This document shows, one piece after another, positions 35,951-44,135 of a DNA stretch of 46,360 nt. The position numbers were made by a program, and so were the translations under genes. The stretch lies in contig CAMZDZ010000001.1 in NCBI GenBank assembly GCA_947305535.1, positions 1 through 46,360 on the forward strand, given 5' to 3'. Within the stretch, counting starts at the first letter, position 1. The number at the start of each line of letters is the position of its first letter. The notes under the pieces were generated by a model. That model saw only the letters and a program-made list of their open reading frames with translations. It searched no databases and was not told where the DNA came from. Source of the DNA: an uncultured Fibrobacter sp. (GTDB lineage Bacteria; Fibrobacterota; Fibrobacteria; Fibrobacterales; Fibrobacteraceae).

Positions 35951-36952
35951 ATGAAAAACTTCAAGTATTTTGCCGCGATTGCCGTGTCTGCCGGTCTTGC
36001 CGTTGCCGCCGAAGGCACGAGTACCTCTCTTTCCAGCGTTTGTGAAGAATCCCTGAAAACGGTCAAGGCTTCGCTTCCGGCGAACGCGACTTCCGCCAAG
36101 ATTTCCCTCGCCGAGGCCATGGGTGTTTCCAAGGCGCTCAAGTCCGCCGAAGAGGACGATGCGACTTCCGAGAAGACAATCCAGCTCTCTGCCGCCTGCT
36201 CGCTTTACGTGAACATTGTCAAGGTCCAGGGCGAAACGCAGACGATCCGCAACCACATGGACGAAAACTGGGCGAAGCGTGCCGCTACTGCCCGCGAGAT
36301 TGAATCCATCCAGCACCAGATCCACACTGGCAAGGTGAGCGACCTCAAGGACCACGAGGCCAAGCTCCAGGCCGAGATGCAGCAGAACCAGGAAAAGTTC
36401 GCCGCCGAAGCCGCCGCCAACGAGGCCGCCCTCAAGGCTGCCGGCGAACGCGAGGCCGACCTGCAGAAGGCCCTCGCCGAGGAACGCGCCAAGGCCGAAC
36501 AGCGCCAGAAGGACGCGATGAACAAGCTGAACGAACTCCAGTCCAAGCTCATCCAGGTGTCCAAGGACGCTCGCGGTATTATCCTCTCCATGAGCGACAT
36601 CCTGTTCGACGTGAACCAGGCTACCCTCAAGGCCGACCTCAAGACGAGCCTTGCCAAGGTTGCCGGTATCCTTTCCGTGTACCAGCAGTTTAACGTGTCC
36701 ATCGAAGGTAACACCGACAACACCGGTTCCGAAGAGTTCAACATGAAGCTCTCCCAGCAGCGTGCGGACAACGTCATGAACTTCCTCGTGGAACAGGGCA
36801 TCGACGCCGGCCGTCTTACCGCGAAGGGCCTCGGCATGACCATGCCGATCGCTGACAACAGCACCAAGGAAGGCCGCCAGAAGAACCGCCGCGTGGACCT
36901 CGTCATCCAGGACAAGGCTCTGCAGGGCAAGGCCGAAGGCGCCAAGGAATAA
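35951..36952 (+). CDS. OmpA-family peptidoglycan-binding protein with coiled coil
   Basis: DILFDVNQATLK, IEGNTDNTG, LSQQRA, PIADN, GRQKNRRVD. Confidence 0.92.
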   Translation: MKNFKYFAAIAVSAGLAVAAEGTSTSLSSVCEESLKTVKASLPANATSAKISLAEAMGVSKALKSAEEDDATSEKTIQLSAACSLYVNIVKVQGETQTIRNHMDENWAKRAATAREIESIQHQIHTGKVSDLKDHEAKLQAEMQQNQEKFAAEAAANEAALKAAGEREADLQKALAEERAKAEQRQKDAMNKLNELQSKLIQVSKDARGIILSMSDILFDVNQATLKADLKTSLAKVAGILSVYQQFNVSIEGNTDNTGSEEFNMKLSQQRADNVMNFLVEQGIDAGRLTAKGLGMTMPIADNSTKEGRQKNRRVDLVIQDKALQGKAEGAKE

Positions 36953-36954
36953 GC

Positions 36955-37158
36955 ATGGCTAAAGTCGTGACCGCGATGGAAGCCCGGCAGAACTTCGGTT
37001 CCCTGCTGGACCAGGTGGCGCTCCGTGACGAGGAAGTCGTCATCGAGCGCGCCGGCAAGCCGCTCGCCCGCGTCGTGAGCGTGAACTCTTCCACCACGGG
37101 CCGTCTCGACTTCCGTGACATCGGCAAGTTGCCGAACGCCATCTGGGAGGACCGCTAG
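36955..37158 (+). CDS. Phd/YefM family antitoxin (no adjacent toxin)
   Basis: VTAMEARQNFGSLLDQV...EEVVIERAGKPLARVV. Confidence 0.85.
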   Translation: MAKVVTAMEARQNFGSLLDQVALRDEEVVIERAGKPLARVVSVNSSTTGRLDFRDIGKLPNAIWEDR

Positions 37159-37209
37159 TGCCCGTTTGACGTGCTCTACGGACTCTCCGCAACGGGATAT
37201 TGAAAAACG

Positions 37210-37241
37210 ACCCACCTGCAATTCAATGCAGGCGGGTTTTT
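37210..37241 (+). terminator. Terminator after the antitoxin gene
   Basis: ACCCACCTGCA-ATTCAA-TGCAGGCGGGT then T-tract. Confidence 0.75.
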
Positions 37242-37269
37242 CGTTGGGGATTGCCCAAAAATGGAAATA

Positions 37270-37298
37270 GAAAAAGCGGAGCGATGACGCTCCGCTTT
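37270..37298 (-). terminator. Terminator of rpsD
   Basis: AAAGCGGAGCG-ATGA-CGCTCCGCTTT perfect stem with U-tract on the minus strand. Confidence 0.85.
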
Positions 37299-37319
37299 CT
37301 ACAAACTTTAAAGAATCGC

Positions 37320-37925
37320 TTACCTGGAGTAGTATTCCACGACGAGCTGTTCTTCGAGCTTGACCGGAATCTGTTCGCGGAGCGGGAGCTTCACGAGCGT
37401 GCCTTCCATCTTGGTCTTGTCGACGGTCAGGTATTCCGGAGCTTCGGGAGCGTTCGCGAAGGCTTCCTTGATCTGCACGTGTTCCTTGGAACGTTCACGC
37501 AGACTGATGACGTCGCCGGCCTTGACGAGGCGGCTGGGGGAGAAGCTGCGGACACCGTTCACGGCGAAGTGGCCGTGTGCGACGTACTGACGGGCAGCGA
37601 AGATGGTGCGGGCAAAACCCATGCGGTAGACGAGGGCGTCCAGACGGGTTTCGAGCAGGATCATCAGGTTGTCACCGGCAGAACCTTCGCGGCGGTTGGC
37701 TTCCTTGTAAGCCTTGGCCAGCTGGGCTTCGGAAATGTTGTAGGTGAAGCGAAGACGCTGCTTTTCGACGAGCTGCTGCTTGTACACGGAAGCGGACTTC
37801 TTGCGGTTCTGACCATGCTGGCCAGGAGCGAAGTTGCGGCGGTCGAGAGCCTTTTGAGTCTTCTGAGAAACGGCAACGCCGAGAGAGCGTGCTACTTTAC
37901 CTTTTGGTCCACGGAAGGAGGACAT
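37320..37925 (-). CDS. rpsD: 30S ribosomal protein S4
   Basis: PGQHG, QLVEKQRLRFTY, LETRLDALVYRMGFA, ARQYVAHGH, VVEYYSR. Confidence 0.97.
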   Translation of the reverse strand: MSSFRGPKGKVARSLGVAVSQKTQKALDRRNFAPGQHGQNRKKSASVYKQQLVEKQRLRFTYNISEAQLAKAYKEANRREGSAGDNLMILLETRLDALVYRMGFARTIFAARQYVAHGHFAVNGVRSFSPSRLVKAGDVISLRERSKEHVQIKEAFANAPEAPEYLTVDKTKMEGTLVKLPLREQIPVKLEEQLVVEYYSR

Positions 37926-37996
37926 ATATACCTCTTAGAGGAAGCTCTTTGGTTTTGCTTGCAAGTTGGTAGAGCTTGGCACGACTTGCAAGATAG
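37926..37996 (-). promoter_or_regulatory. Candidate structured rpsD leader (pseudoknot / SD switch)
   Basis: CUUGCAAGU/ACUUGCAAG stem; loop AAGCUCU complementary to downstream AGAGCUU; CCUC-UAA-GAGG over the SD. Confidence 0.55.
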
Positions 37997-38000
37997 GCCA

Positions 38001-38030
38001 CAAAGATAGCATATTTTTTTAGGATTTCAA
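38001..38030 (-). promoter_or_regulatory. rpsD promoter
   Basis: TTGAAA-16 nt-TATCTT with extended TG. Confidence 0.65.
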
Positions 38031-38101
38031 TGTTTTTGTTGGGAGATATGACTCAAATTAATGGAATTCTGCTTATTTAACTTAAATCGTTGTTGATTTG
38101 A

Positions 38102-38292
38102 TGCGGGAGGGGACCCAGCTCGGAGTTGCGAAGGCCGCACGGTCCCCTCCCTGCACCCTCCCCATCCTTGGCCGACGCTCCATTCTCGTGACGTTATCCC
38201 GTTTTCATTATACCTCCACGAATATCTCGCTATGTGTAAGGAATGCTGGGCTGTTTATGCTTTTTATTTGTGGGAATGGGGACCCAGCTCGG
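38102..38292. repeat. Structured intergenic element with 11-bp stem and 15-bp direct repeat
   Basis: GGGAGGGGACC (38105) / GGTCCCCTCCC (38141); GGGGACCCAGCTCGG at 38109 and 38278. Confidence 0.6.
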
Positions 38293-38299
38293 GGTAATG

Positions 38300-38325
38300 A
38301 AAAAAGGCGCTGGTTGGCGCCTTTT
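38300..38325 (-). terminator. Terminator of the lipoprotein operon
   Basis: AAAAGGCGC-TGGTTG-GCGCCTTTT. Confidence 0.75.
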
Positions 38326-38358
38326 GGGGTGATTTCTGAATGATTTGTGCTGTCGGGG

Positions 38359-40029
38359 CTATTTCTCGCTGATGGAGAGATTCAGGGTGTCGCGGGCGGT
38401 CGGGTCGGCGATGCTCTGCGCGATGATGTGCGGGGTCTTCCCGAACGCGCTGTCCTGGACCACCAGGTAGCTGGCGTAGATTTCCTGCTCGTCCTTGCAT
38501 TTGTCCACCGTGGCTATATAGGCGGAGGTCCCGATGTAGGGGACGTCCTCGCAGGGGAGGAACCAGCGGACGTTGGTGCTTGCGACCTTGGGCATCGTCC
38601 TGAACTTGAACGTGTCGAAGCGGAGCGTGTCACCCACCTTGGCGCGGAAGGCCTTTTCGCCGAAGATTTCTTCTTCTTCCTCGTCAAAGAACGCGAATTC
38701 CTTGAAGAGGCCGGGCTGCTGGATGTAGGCCTTGAGCGTGAGGATTTGGCTTTCGTCGGTCGGGTAAATGTTACCGGTGCGCACGTAGTGCAGATAGAAG
38801 GCTCCCTTTGTCATCTTGTCGGTGACCTTGAGGCTGCCGCCGTAGAGGCAGCTGATTTCCTGCACGACCTTGCGCTTGCTGTCCAGGATTTCGCATGTCG
38901 CCGGGCACTGAGCTTGGTTGTCGCAGTACCCTTCCATGAAGTGGAACACGTCGATGGAATCGCCCTTTTCCAGATCGGCAAGCCAGATGTACTGCTCCTG
39001 GTACAGGTAGTACTTGGCCTGGTCGTTGCGCGGACGTTGCACGGTGAGCGTGTCGCCCGGAACCACGATGGAGTCGGGGTTGGCGAAGTATTCGCCCTTC
39101 TCGAGAGGCCTGCTAACGGATTCGATTTCGAATGTCGCGTAGGGGCCGGAGATATAGCTGATGACCTTTGTCGGGTAAATCTTGAGAGACCAGTCTGTGG
39201 TGTCGTGGGGCAGGAGCAGGGCGTCGATGGTCGAGTCGTTCTTGTTGACGAGTGTCGTGTCCTGCTCGTAGAGCTCGAACTTGCTGATGGAGTTCCCGTT
39301 CGCATTCAATGCGATGCTTGTGCCTTCGTTGCCCGAGAAACTGACCTTGACGACGCCGGGACCTTCGCCGATGGTGAATATCCCGCGGATGGTGTCGGTC
39401 AGATTCATTAGGATGTTGTCTTCTTCGCCCGTGTAAACAAAGTAGGCTGAATCGATGTCGACGTAGGTGCGGATTCTTGAGGCCTTGTCAAACTTGGCCT
39501 TCACGTTCATGTAGTAGAAGCCGTCGTTGAATACCACGAAGGAGTTCCTTAGCATCTTGCCATCGTGTCCGGGAGTCATGTAGTTGCCAAAGACGGAATC
39601 GTTCTTGGATTCGCTCCACACGGGGCTTAGCGTGTTCAGCTTGTCGCCAGTCTCGCTGCTGATTTGTATCGTGTCCTTGGACAATCCCGAGGCCATGATA
39701 TGGACGTTGACTCGCGTCCCCTTGACGAACTCGCCGAGGAACAGCGTGACGGACTTTGTCGTGTCGGTGATGTAGATGTAGCCGCTTTCCTCGTCGATAT
39801 CCTTCTTGCTCTTGGGAATTTCGAAATCGAGGGAAACGGTGTCCCCGAGTTCCAGCGTGTCGGTGTAGGTGATGTCGGCGCGCGTGCTGAGCGAAGAACT
39901 TGACTTGAAGGAAGCTATCCTAGATGAACTGCTTTCTTCTTCTTGCGGAGCGGATGAACTGTCGTCGTCTCCGCATCCGGCGCAGAAGGCGACAAAGGAA
40001 AGTGCAAATAGGAACTTGTAGATTTTCAT
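38359..40029 (-). CDS. Hypothetical lipoprotein with Ser-rich linker
   Basis: Lipobox CAGC then GDDDSSS; beta-rich body; 10 bp downstream of the beta-helix gene. Confidence 0.78.
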   Translation of the reverse strand: MKIYKFLFALSFVAFCAGCGDDDSSSAPQEEESSSSRIASFKSSSSLSTRADITYTDTLELGDTVSLDFEIPKSKKDIDEESGYIYITDTTKSVTLFLGEFVKGTRVNVHIMASGLSKDTIQISSETGDKLNTLSPVWSESKNDSVFGNYMTPGHDGKMLRNSFVVFNDGFYYMNVKAKFDKASRIRTYVDIDSAYFVYTGEEDNILMNLTDTIRGIFTIGEGPGVVKVSFSGNEGTSIALNANGNSISKFELYEQDTTLVNKNDSTIDALLLPHDTTDWSLKIYPTKVISYISGPYATFEIESVSRPLEKGEYFANPDSIVVPGDTLTVQRPRNDQAKYYLYQEQYIWLADLEKGDSIDVFHFMEGYCDNQAQCPATCEILDSKRKVVQEISCLYGGSLKVTDKMTKGAFYLHYVRTGNIYPTDESQILTLKAYIQQPGLFKEFAFFDEEEEEIFGEKAFRAKVGDTLRFDTFKFRTMPKVASTNVRWFLPCEDVPYIGTSAYIATVDKCKDEQEIYASYLVVQDSAFGKTPHIIAQSIADPTARDTLNLSISEK

Positions 40030-40039
40030 ATTGTTCCCC

Positions 40040-43000
40040 TTAGTTCAAAATGTAAAATTTCTGTTCGGCCGTGAATGCTTCCCCGATAACCTTGAGCGTG
40101 TACCTTCCGGTGGGGAATGCCTTGGCCTTGAACTTGAAGTTGGTTTTCTTTTCGCCGGCGAGTTCGCGCGCTGCCACGGTGAGCATCCTCTTGCCGAACT
40201 CGTTGAGAATCTCGATTTGCACGAACTGCGGGTAACCCACGGTCAGGTCGAAATCGCAATCCAGGTTGTAGATGTCGATGTTCACCTTGGAAAGTTGGTA
40301 GCCGCCGTCCATGGCGTCGCCGCCGATGGAACGCGTGTTGTCGAAGTAGCTTACGTAGAGAGCCGGTGCGGCGTTCTTGCCCGCCGTCTTCGACTTGATG
40401 AAATATTCGCCGGCATCGACGCTTGTGAGGATGATCGTGTAGAGTCCCGAGGCGTGCTTGCGCTTGAAGAATTCCGTGAAGTTCGGGGTGCGGAGGAACG
40501 CTCCCAGCGGAGACTTCGGATTGATGGTGATGGTGCCCAGGTAGTCCGCGAACTTCGTGTCCACGCCGCCGCCGGAGTTCTTGCGGATGTTGAACTGGCC
40601 GCCCGCCTTCTTGGGGTCGTTGGCCGGGGCGTTGTCCCACGTGATGTCCGCCTCGCTCCAGTCTATGCCGAGTTTGCTCTCGCCGAAGTCCATGTCCTTC
40701 GACGTTTCCTTGAGGCCGAAGATGTTGAACGAGATGGGCTTCTTGATGGAATCCGCGATGTAGTCCAACTTGAGGCCTGCATCGAACAGGGGCCCGGGCA
40801 GCGCGGAGAGGTCGAACTTGAGGTAAATCTTGCCTGCCTTGCCGGGGAGGGTGGACGCGCAGAGCGTCGTGTCGTAGTTGTGCGGGCTGTAGTTGTCGAA
40901 TTCCGAAATCCAGGCGTCCTGTCCACGTCCGCTCGGGATGCCGTCGCCGCTGTTGTCGAGCGTCGTGTATTTCTTGTCGAACACGTAGATCTTGCTGGTG
41001 TCCGCCCCGTCCTGGTAGCCGTCGTTTGCCGTGAATGTCACGTTGTAGCGGCCGCTAGCCGTGAACGATAGGTCGGTCTCGTATTCGGTACTGTCGGAGA
41101 ATGTCGCCTTGCCCGGGCCGGTCGCCTTGCGCCAGACGACGGGGACGCGGCATAGTCCGTCTCCACGTCCGTCATCCTCGACGGAGCCTTTCATGTGGAG
41201 CTGGTTCTGTTGCAGCAAGATGATTTCCTTTTCGACCTTGACCTTCGGCTTTTCGTTCGCGCCGCTCTTGGGCGCATAGCCGACGTAGAGCGGGAGCATC
41301 ACGCCTCCGGTCGGGTTGTGCTGCAGTTCCTTGCCTGTGAGCGAGTAGATGGCGGAACCCTGGCGCGATTCTTCCACGATTTTCAGGTAGGGGTTCCCCT
41401 TGACGAGCGTTTCGCGGAGACCTTCGATGGAGAGGTTCGAGTTGTCATTGATAAACATCGGACGGTTTTTAGCCTTGTCGCTGGCGATGACGTGCACGCC
41501 TGCAAGTTCAGCCGATGCCTTGTTGAAGTTTTGCAATACGGTGTTCCCGTCTTTTGCCGTGAGGCCGAGAATCCAGATGGTGCCGCCGTTGTTCTGGATC
41601 TTGGGCCCCTTGGTGTCTCCGGTCATGGTGACCTGGCGACCCCATAGCTTCTGGTAGTTCAGCTGGATGGTCCCGATGGAGACGTCTTCCAGGAACACTT
41701 CGCCGGCGCCGGTCTCTGTAGATTCGTAAGACTTGAGCGTGATGTCCTTCAGCAGCACGGCGCGCTTGCTCTTGTGGATGATGCCGCTGCCGAATTCGGA
41801 GAATCGCTCAATGGTGATTTCGTTGAACGCGCCGTCTTCGATGATGAACTTGCCCCTGCCGTCGATGCGGGCTTCGGTTCCGAGAATGCGGCGGACGCGC
41901 TTGCGGATGTAAATGTCGCGGTTGATGGTCCAGCGGCCTCCGGGCGGGAAGTAAATCGTTTCTGCACCGTCGTCGATGGCGTCCTGGATGGCCTTGGCGT
42001 CGTCGGAACCGCTGTTCATCTTTCCGCCGTAGTCGCCAGCGATGGTAATCCAGGAGTCCGCCTTCTGTTCTGCGTAATCCGGAGTTTCCGCCACGGGGAC
42101 GCGCATGGACTGGTTCGGGCTGGAGCAGAGCTTCTGGACGGGTTGTGTCGAGAATTCGATAATCTCGTTGCCGACGATGCCCTCGCCGTAGCCCCTGAGC
42201 GTGCTGCGGATCTTGGTGTGGAACTTGCTGATCATGACGGAGCGGGCGAACAGCTGGCTTTCGTTGACAATCGCTGTCGCCTGTTTTGCGTTCTTTTCCT
42301 TGAAGAATTCGAGTGTGGCGTCGACGAGGGTGAGCGAGGCTCCCTTGCCGTGGCTATAGACTGCCGGTACGGATCCCCTGAATCGCAGGCCGCGTGCGGC
42401 CACCGCCTGGTTGTTGACTTCGAGACCGTATTTCTTTTGGCCGCCCAGGGTCACGTGTTCCAGCGTGACTCCGTTGACTTTGCCCCCGATATAGGCACCC
42501 ACGTTGAATCCGCGGACTTCCACGTTCTTGATCATGAGCGGGCCCATGGTCTCGGCGTAGCCCATGTCGATGCCGTACACGCCGGCACTGTCGTTGGAGT
42601 AAACCTTCACGTTCTTAATCGTTCCCTGCTCGTTGGCGAGGAAGCGGATGCCGATGGCGCCTGGGTTCCCTTTGCCGGTACGGATGGTGACGTCGCGGAT
42701 GGCGTTGCGGCGCCTGGGTTCAGGACCCATGCCGGTGTAGATCATGGCGCGCGGGGCATCCGGATTGTCGAAGCCTTCGCAGTGGTTGTCCAGCTGCAGG
42801 ATGGTTCCGCCCATGCTTTGTCCTTGGAGGATGGTGCGGTTATAGGAGTCTTCGGGCTTGTCCGCCTGGGGCCATACGAGTCGGCCTGTAATCCTGTAGA
42901 TACCGTGCGGGAGGTAGATGATATAGTCGCCGTTAGGGTGGTCGTCCAGCGCCTGCTGGATGGCTTGCGTGTCGTCGGTCTTGCCATCGCCCTTGGCCTT

Positions 43001-43108
43001 GTAGGGCGGTTTGGTGACGTTAATTACCGTGGACCCGATGGGGAATTCCACTTGCGCTAGGCTCGTTCCAAAAAAGCAAAAAATAAACGCCAAAAACACA
43101 CGACGCAT
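40040..43108 (-). CDS. Secreted double beta-helix (Pectate_lyase_3 / GH55-like) protein with PKD-like, DNRLRE-like and C-terminal sorting-like domains
   Basis: INVTKPPYKAKGDGKTDDTQAIQQAL, second DDAKAIQDAID..IYFPPG, GSVEDDG..W...GPG, YLKFDLS..ITWDNAP, GRYTLKV tail. Confidence 0.8.
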   Translation of the reverse strand: MRRVFLAFIFCFFGTSLAQVEFPIGSTVINVTKPPYKAKGDGKTDDTQAIQQALDDHPNGDYIIYLPHGIYRITGRLVWPQADKPEDSYNRTILQGQSMGGTILQLDNHCEGFDNPDAPRAMIYTGMGPEPRRRNAIRDVTIRTGKGNPGAIGIRFLANEQGTIKNVKVYSNDSAGVYGIDMGYAETMGPLMIKNVEVRGFNVGAYIGGKVNGVTLEHVTLGGQKKYGLEVNNQAVAARGLRFRGSVPAVYSHGKGASLTLVDATLEFFKEKNAKQATAIVNESQLFARSVMISKFHTKIRSTLRGYGEGIVGNEIIEFSTQPVQKLCSSPNQSMRVPVAETPDYAEQKADSWITIAGDYGGKMNSGSDDAKAIQDAIDDGAETIYFPPGGRWTINRDIYIRKRVRRILGTEARIDGRGKFIIEDGAFNEITIERFSEFGSGIIHKSKRAVLLKDITLKSYESTETGAGEVFLEDVSIGTIQLNYQKLWGRQVTMTGDTKGPKIQNNGGTIWILGLTAKDGNTVLQNFNKASAELAGVHVIASDKAKNRPMFINDNSNLSIEGLRETLVKGNPYLKIVEESRQGSAIYSLTGKELQHNPTGGVMLPLYVGYAPKSGANEKPKVKVEKEIILLQQNQLHMKGSVEDDGRGDGLCRVPVVWRKATGPGKATFSDSTEYETDLSFTASGRYNVTFTANDGYQDGADTSKIYVFDKKYTTLDNSGDGIPSGRGQDAWISEFDNYSPHNYDTTLCASTLPGKAGKIYLKFDLSALPGPLFDAGLKLDYIADSIKKPISFNIFGLKETSKDMDFGESKLGIDWSEADITWDNAPANDPKKAGGQFNIRKNSGGGVDTKFADYLGTITINPKSPLGAFLRTPNFTEFFKRKHASGLYTIILTSVDAGEYFIKSKTAGKNAAPALYVSYFDNTRSIGGDAMDGGYQLSKVNIDIYNLDCDFDLTVGYPQFVQIEILNEFGKRMLTVAARELAGEKKTNFKFKAKAFPTGRYTLKVIGEAFTAEQKFYILN

Positions 43109-43264
43109 AAAAACCTCGTATTATGAACAATTCTTTACAAATATATATGATTATTTGCCGCCGTGCGCTTCGATATTGGGCAGAAAACGCAAAAAAAACA
43201 CCATTCTCCGCAAAAAAGTGCGGATACTCACAAAATGGGCAGGGGGTGGCGGGATGCGGTTACG

Positions 43265-44017
43265 TTATTTGGCGCATTTCTCGTAAACGAAGGGGTTGTG
43301 GTCTCCCTGCACCTTGAAAATACGGCGGTCCCGCTCGCATTCCTTTTCGGTGACGGGATACATCTTGTCCCACGCTTCGAACAACTTGCGGTCTTGCTTG
43401 GACAAACTAACCCCGTAGGTCTTTTCCATGTAAAAACTGGCTCTCGCGACGATGCCGCGGGCCTCTTCGCGGGGCTGTACCTTCTTGTCCTTGAAATCGA
43501 CGATCGTCTTGCAGCCGCCGTACATGGGCTCGGGATCGTTGGTCCACTGGCTGTACATGAAGTTGCTGCGGTCCCCGTTCACTTCGCCGATGGCGGGGTA
43601 GAGGTTGTGCATGTCGCCTTCCATCAGCTTGAACGTCGTGTCGTTCGCGCTGCAGTTCTTGCGGCCGCCGTCTTTCCAGCAGGGGCGGAAGTGCCCCATG
43701 TTGTGCGCCGTCACCATGTGCTCCCATTCGATACGCTCGGCGCGCTTGGTGCTCTTGCGCTTGGGATTGTCGCGAGGCTTGAAGTCACAGCTCGAAAAGT
43801 CGACGTTTTTCTTGTCGTCGTATTTGCAGCCGCAGTAGAGCGTCTCCTGCAACTCGCCGTAGTACACGCGGCGCATCTGCTTGCTCGCGTCGCGGTAGTT
43901 GTAGTGCTGCGGTGCTGCCGTCGGGTCGACACGGGCCTCGGAGAGTGTCGCTAAGAATGTAGTGAGGATAAACGCGAAAATGGCGGCGCAACGTTTGGGC
44001 TTGAAGGCGTTAAACAT
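43265..44017 (-). CDS. endA: Endonuclease I (EndA/Vvn family), exported
   Basis: YCGC, RIEWEH, CW..GGRKNC, DMHNLYPAIGEVNGDRSN, RGIVAR, WDKMYPV..E..R; start refined to 44017. Confidence 0.9.
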   Translation of the reverse strand: MFNAFKPKRCAAIFAFILTTFLATLSEARVDPTAAPQHYNYRDASKQMRRVYYGELQETLYCGCKYDDKKNVDFSSCDFKPRDNPKRKSTKRAERIEWEHMVTAHNMGHFRPCWKDGGRKNCSANDTTFKLMEGDMHNLYPAIGEVNGDRSNFMYSQWTNDPEPMYGGCKTIVDFKDKKVQPREEARGIVARASFYMEKTYGVSLSKQDRKLFEAWDKMYPVTEKECERDRRIFKVQGDHNPFVYEKCAK

Positions 44018-44083
44018 AAAGCAATAAGAATTGAAAAGATGTTGTTGAAAATTATAGTAAATAGAATTGTTTACCAACCACTT

Positions 44084-44118
44084 TCTACTGTCTACTGCCT
44101 ACTTCCTGCCAACCACTT
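44084..44118. repeat. Third heptamer array type (intergenic)
   Basis: TCTACTG TCTACTG CCTACTT CCTGCCA ACCACTT. Confidence 0.6.
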
Positions 44119-44135
44119 TACCTATATTTGCACGC

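Noticed and set aside
37200..38009. 269-aa plus-strand ORF as toxin partner of the Phd antitoxin
   Set aside because: It is antisense to rpsD and crosses two terminators
38098..38343. 81-aa ORF in the rpsD upstream spacer
   Set aside because: Overlaps hairpin, repeat and terminator DNA; no SD or coding-like composition
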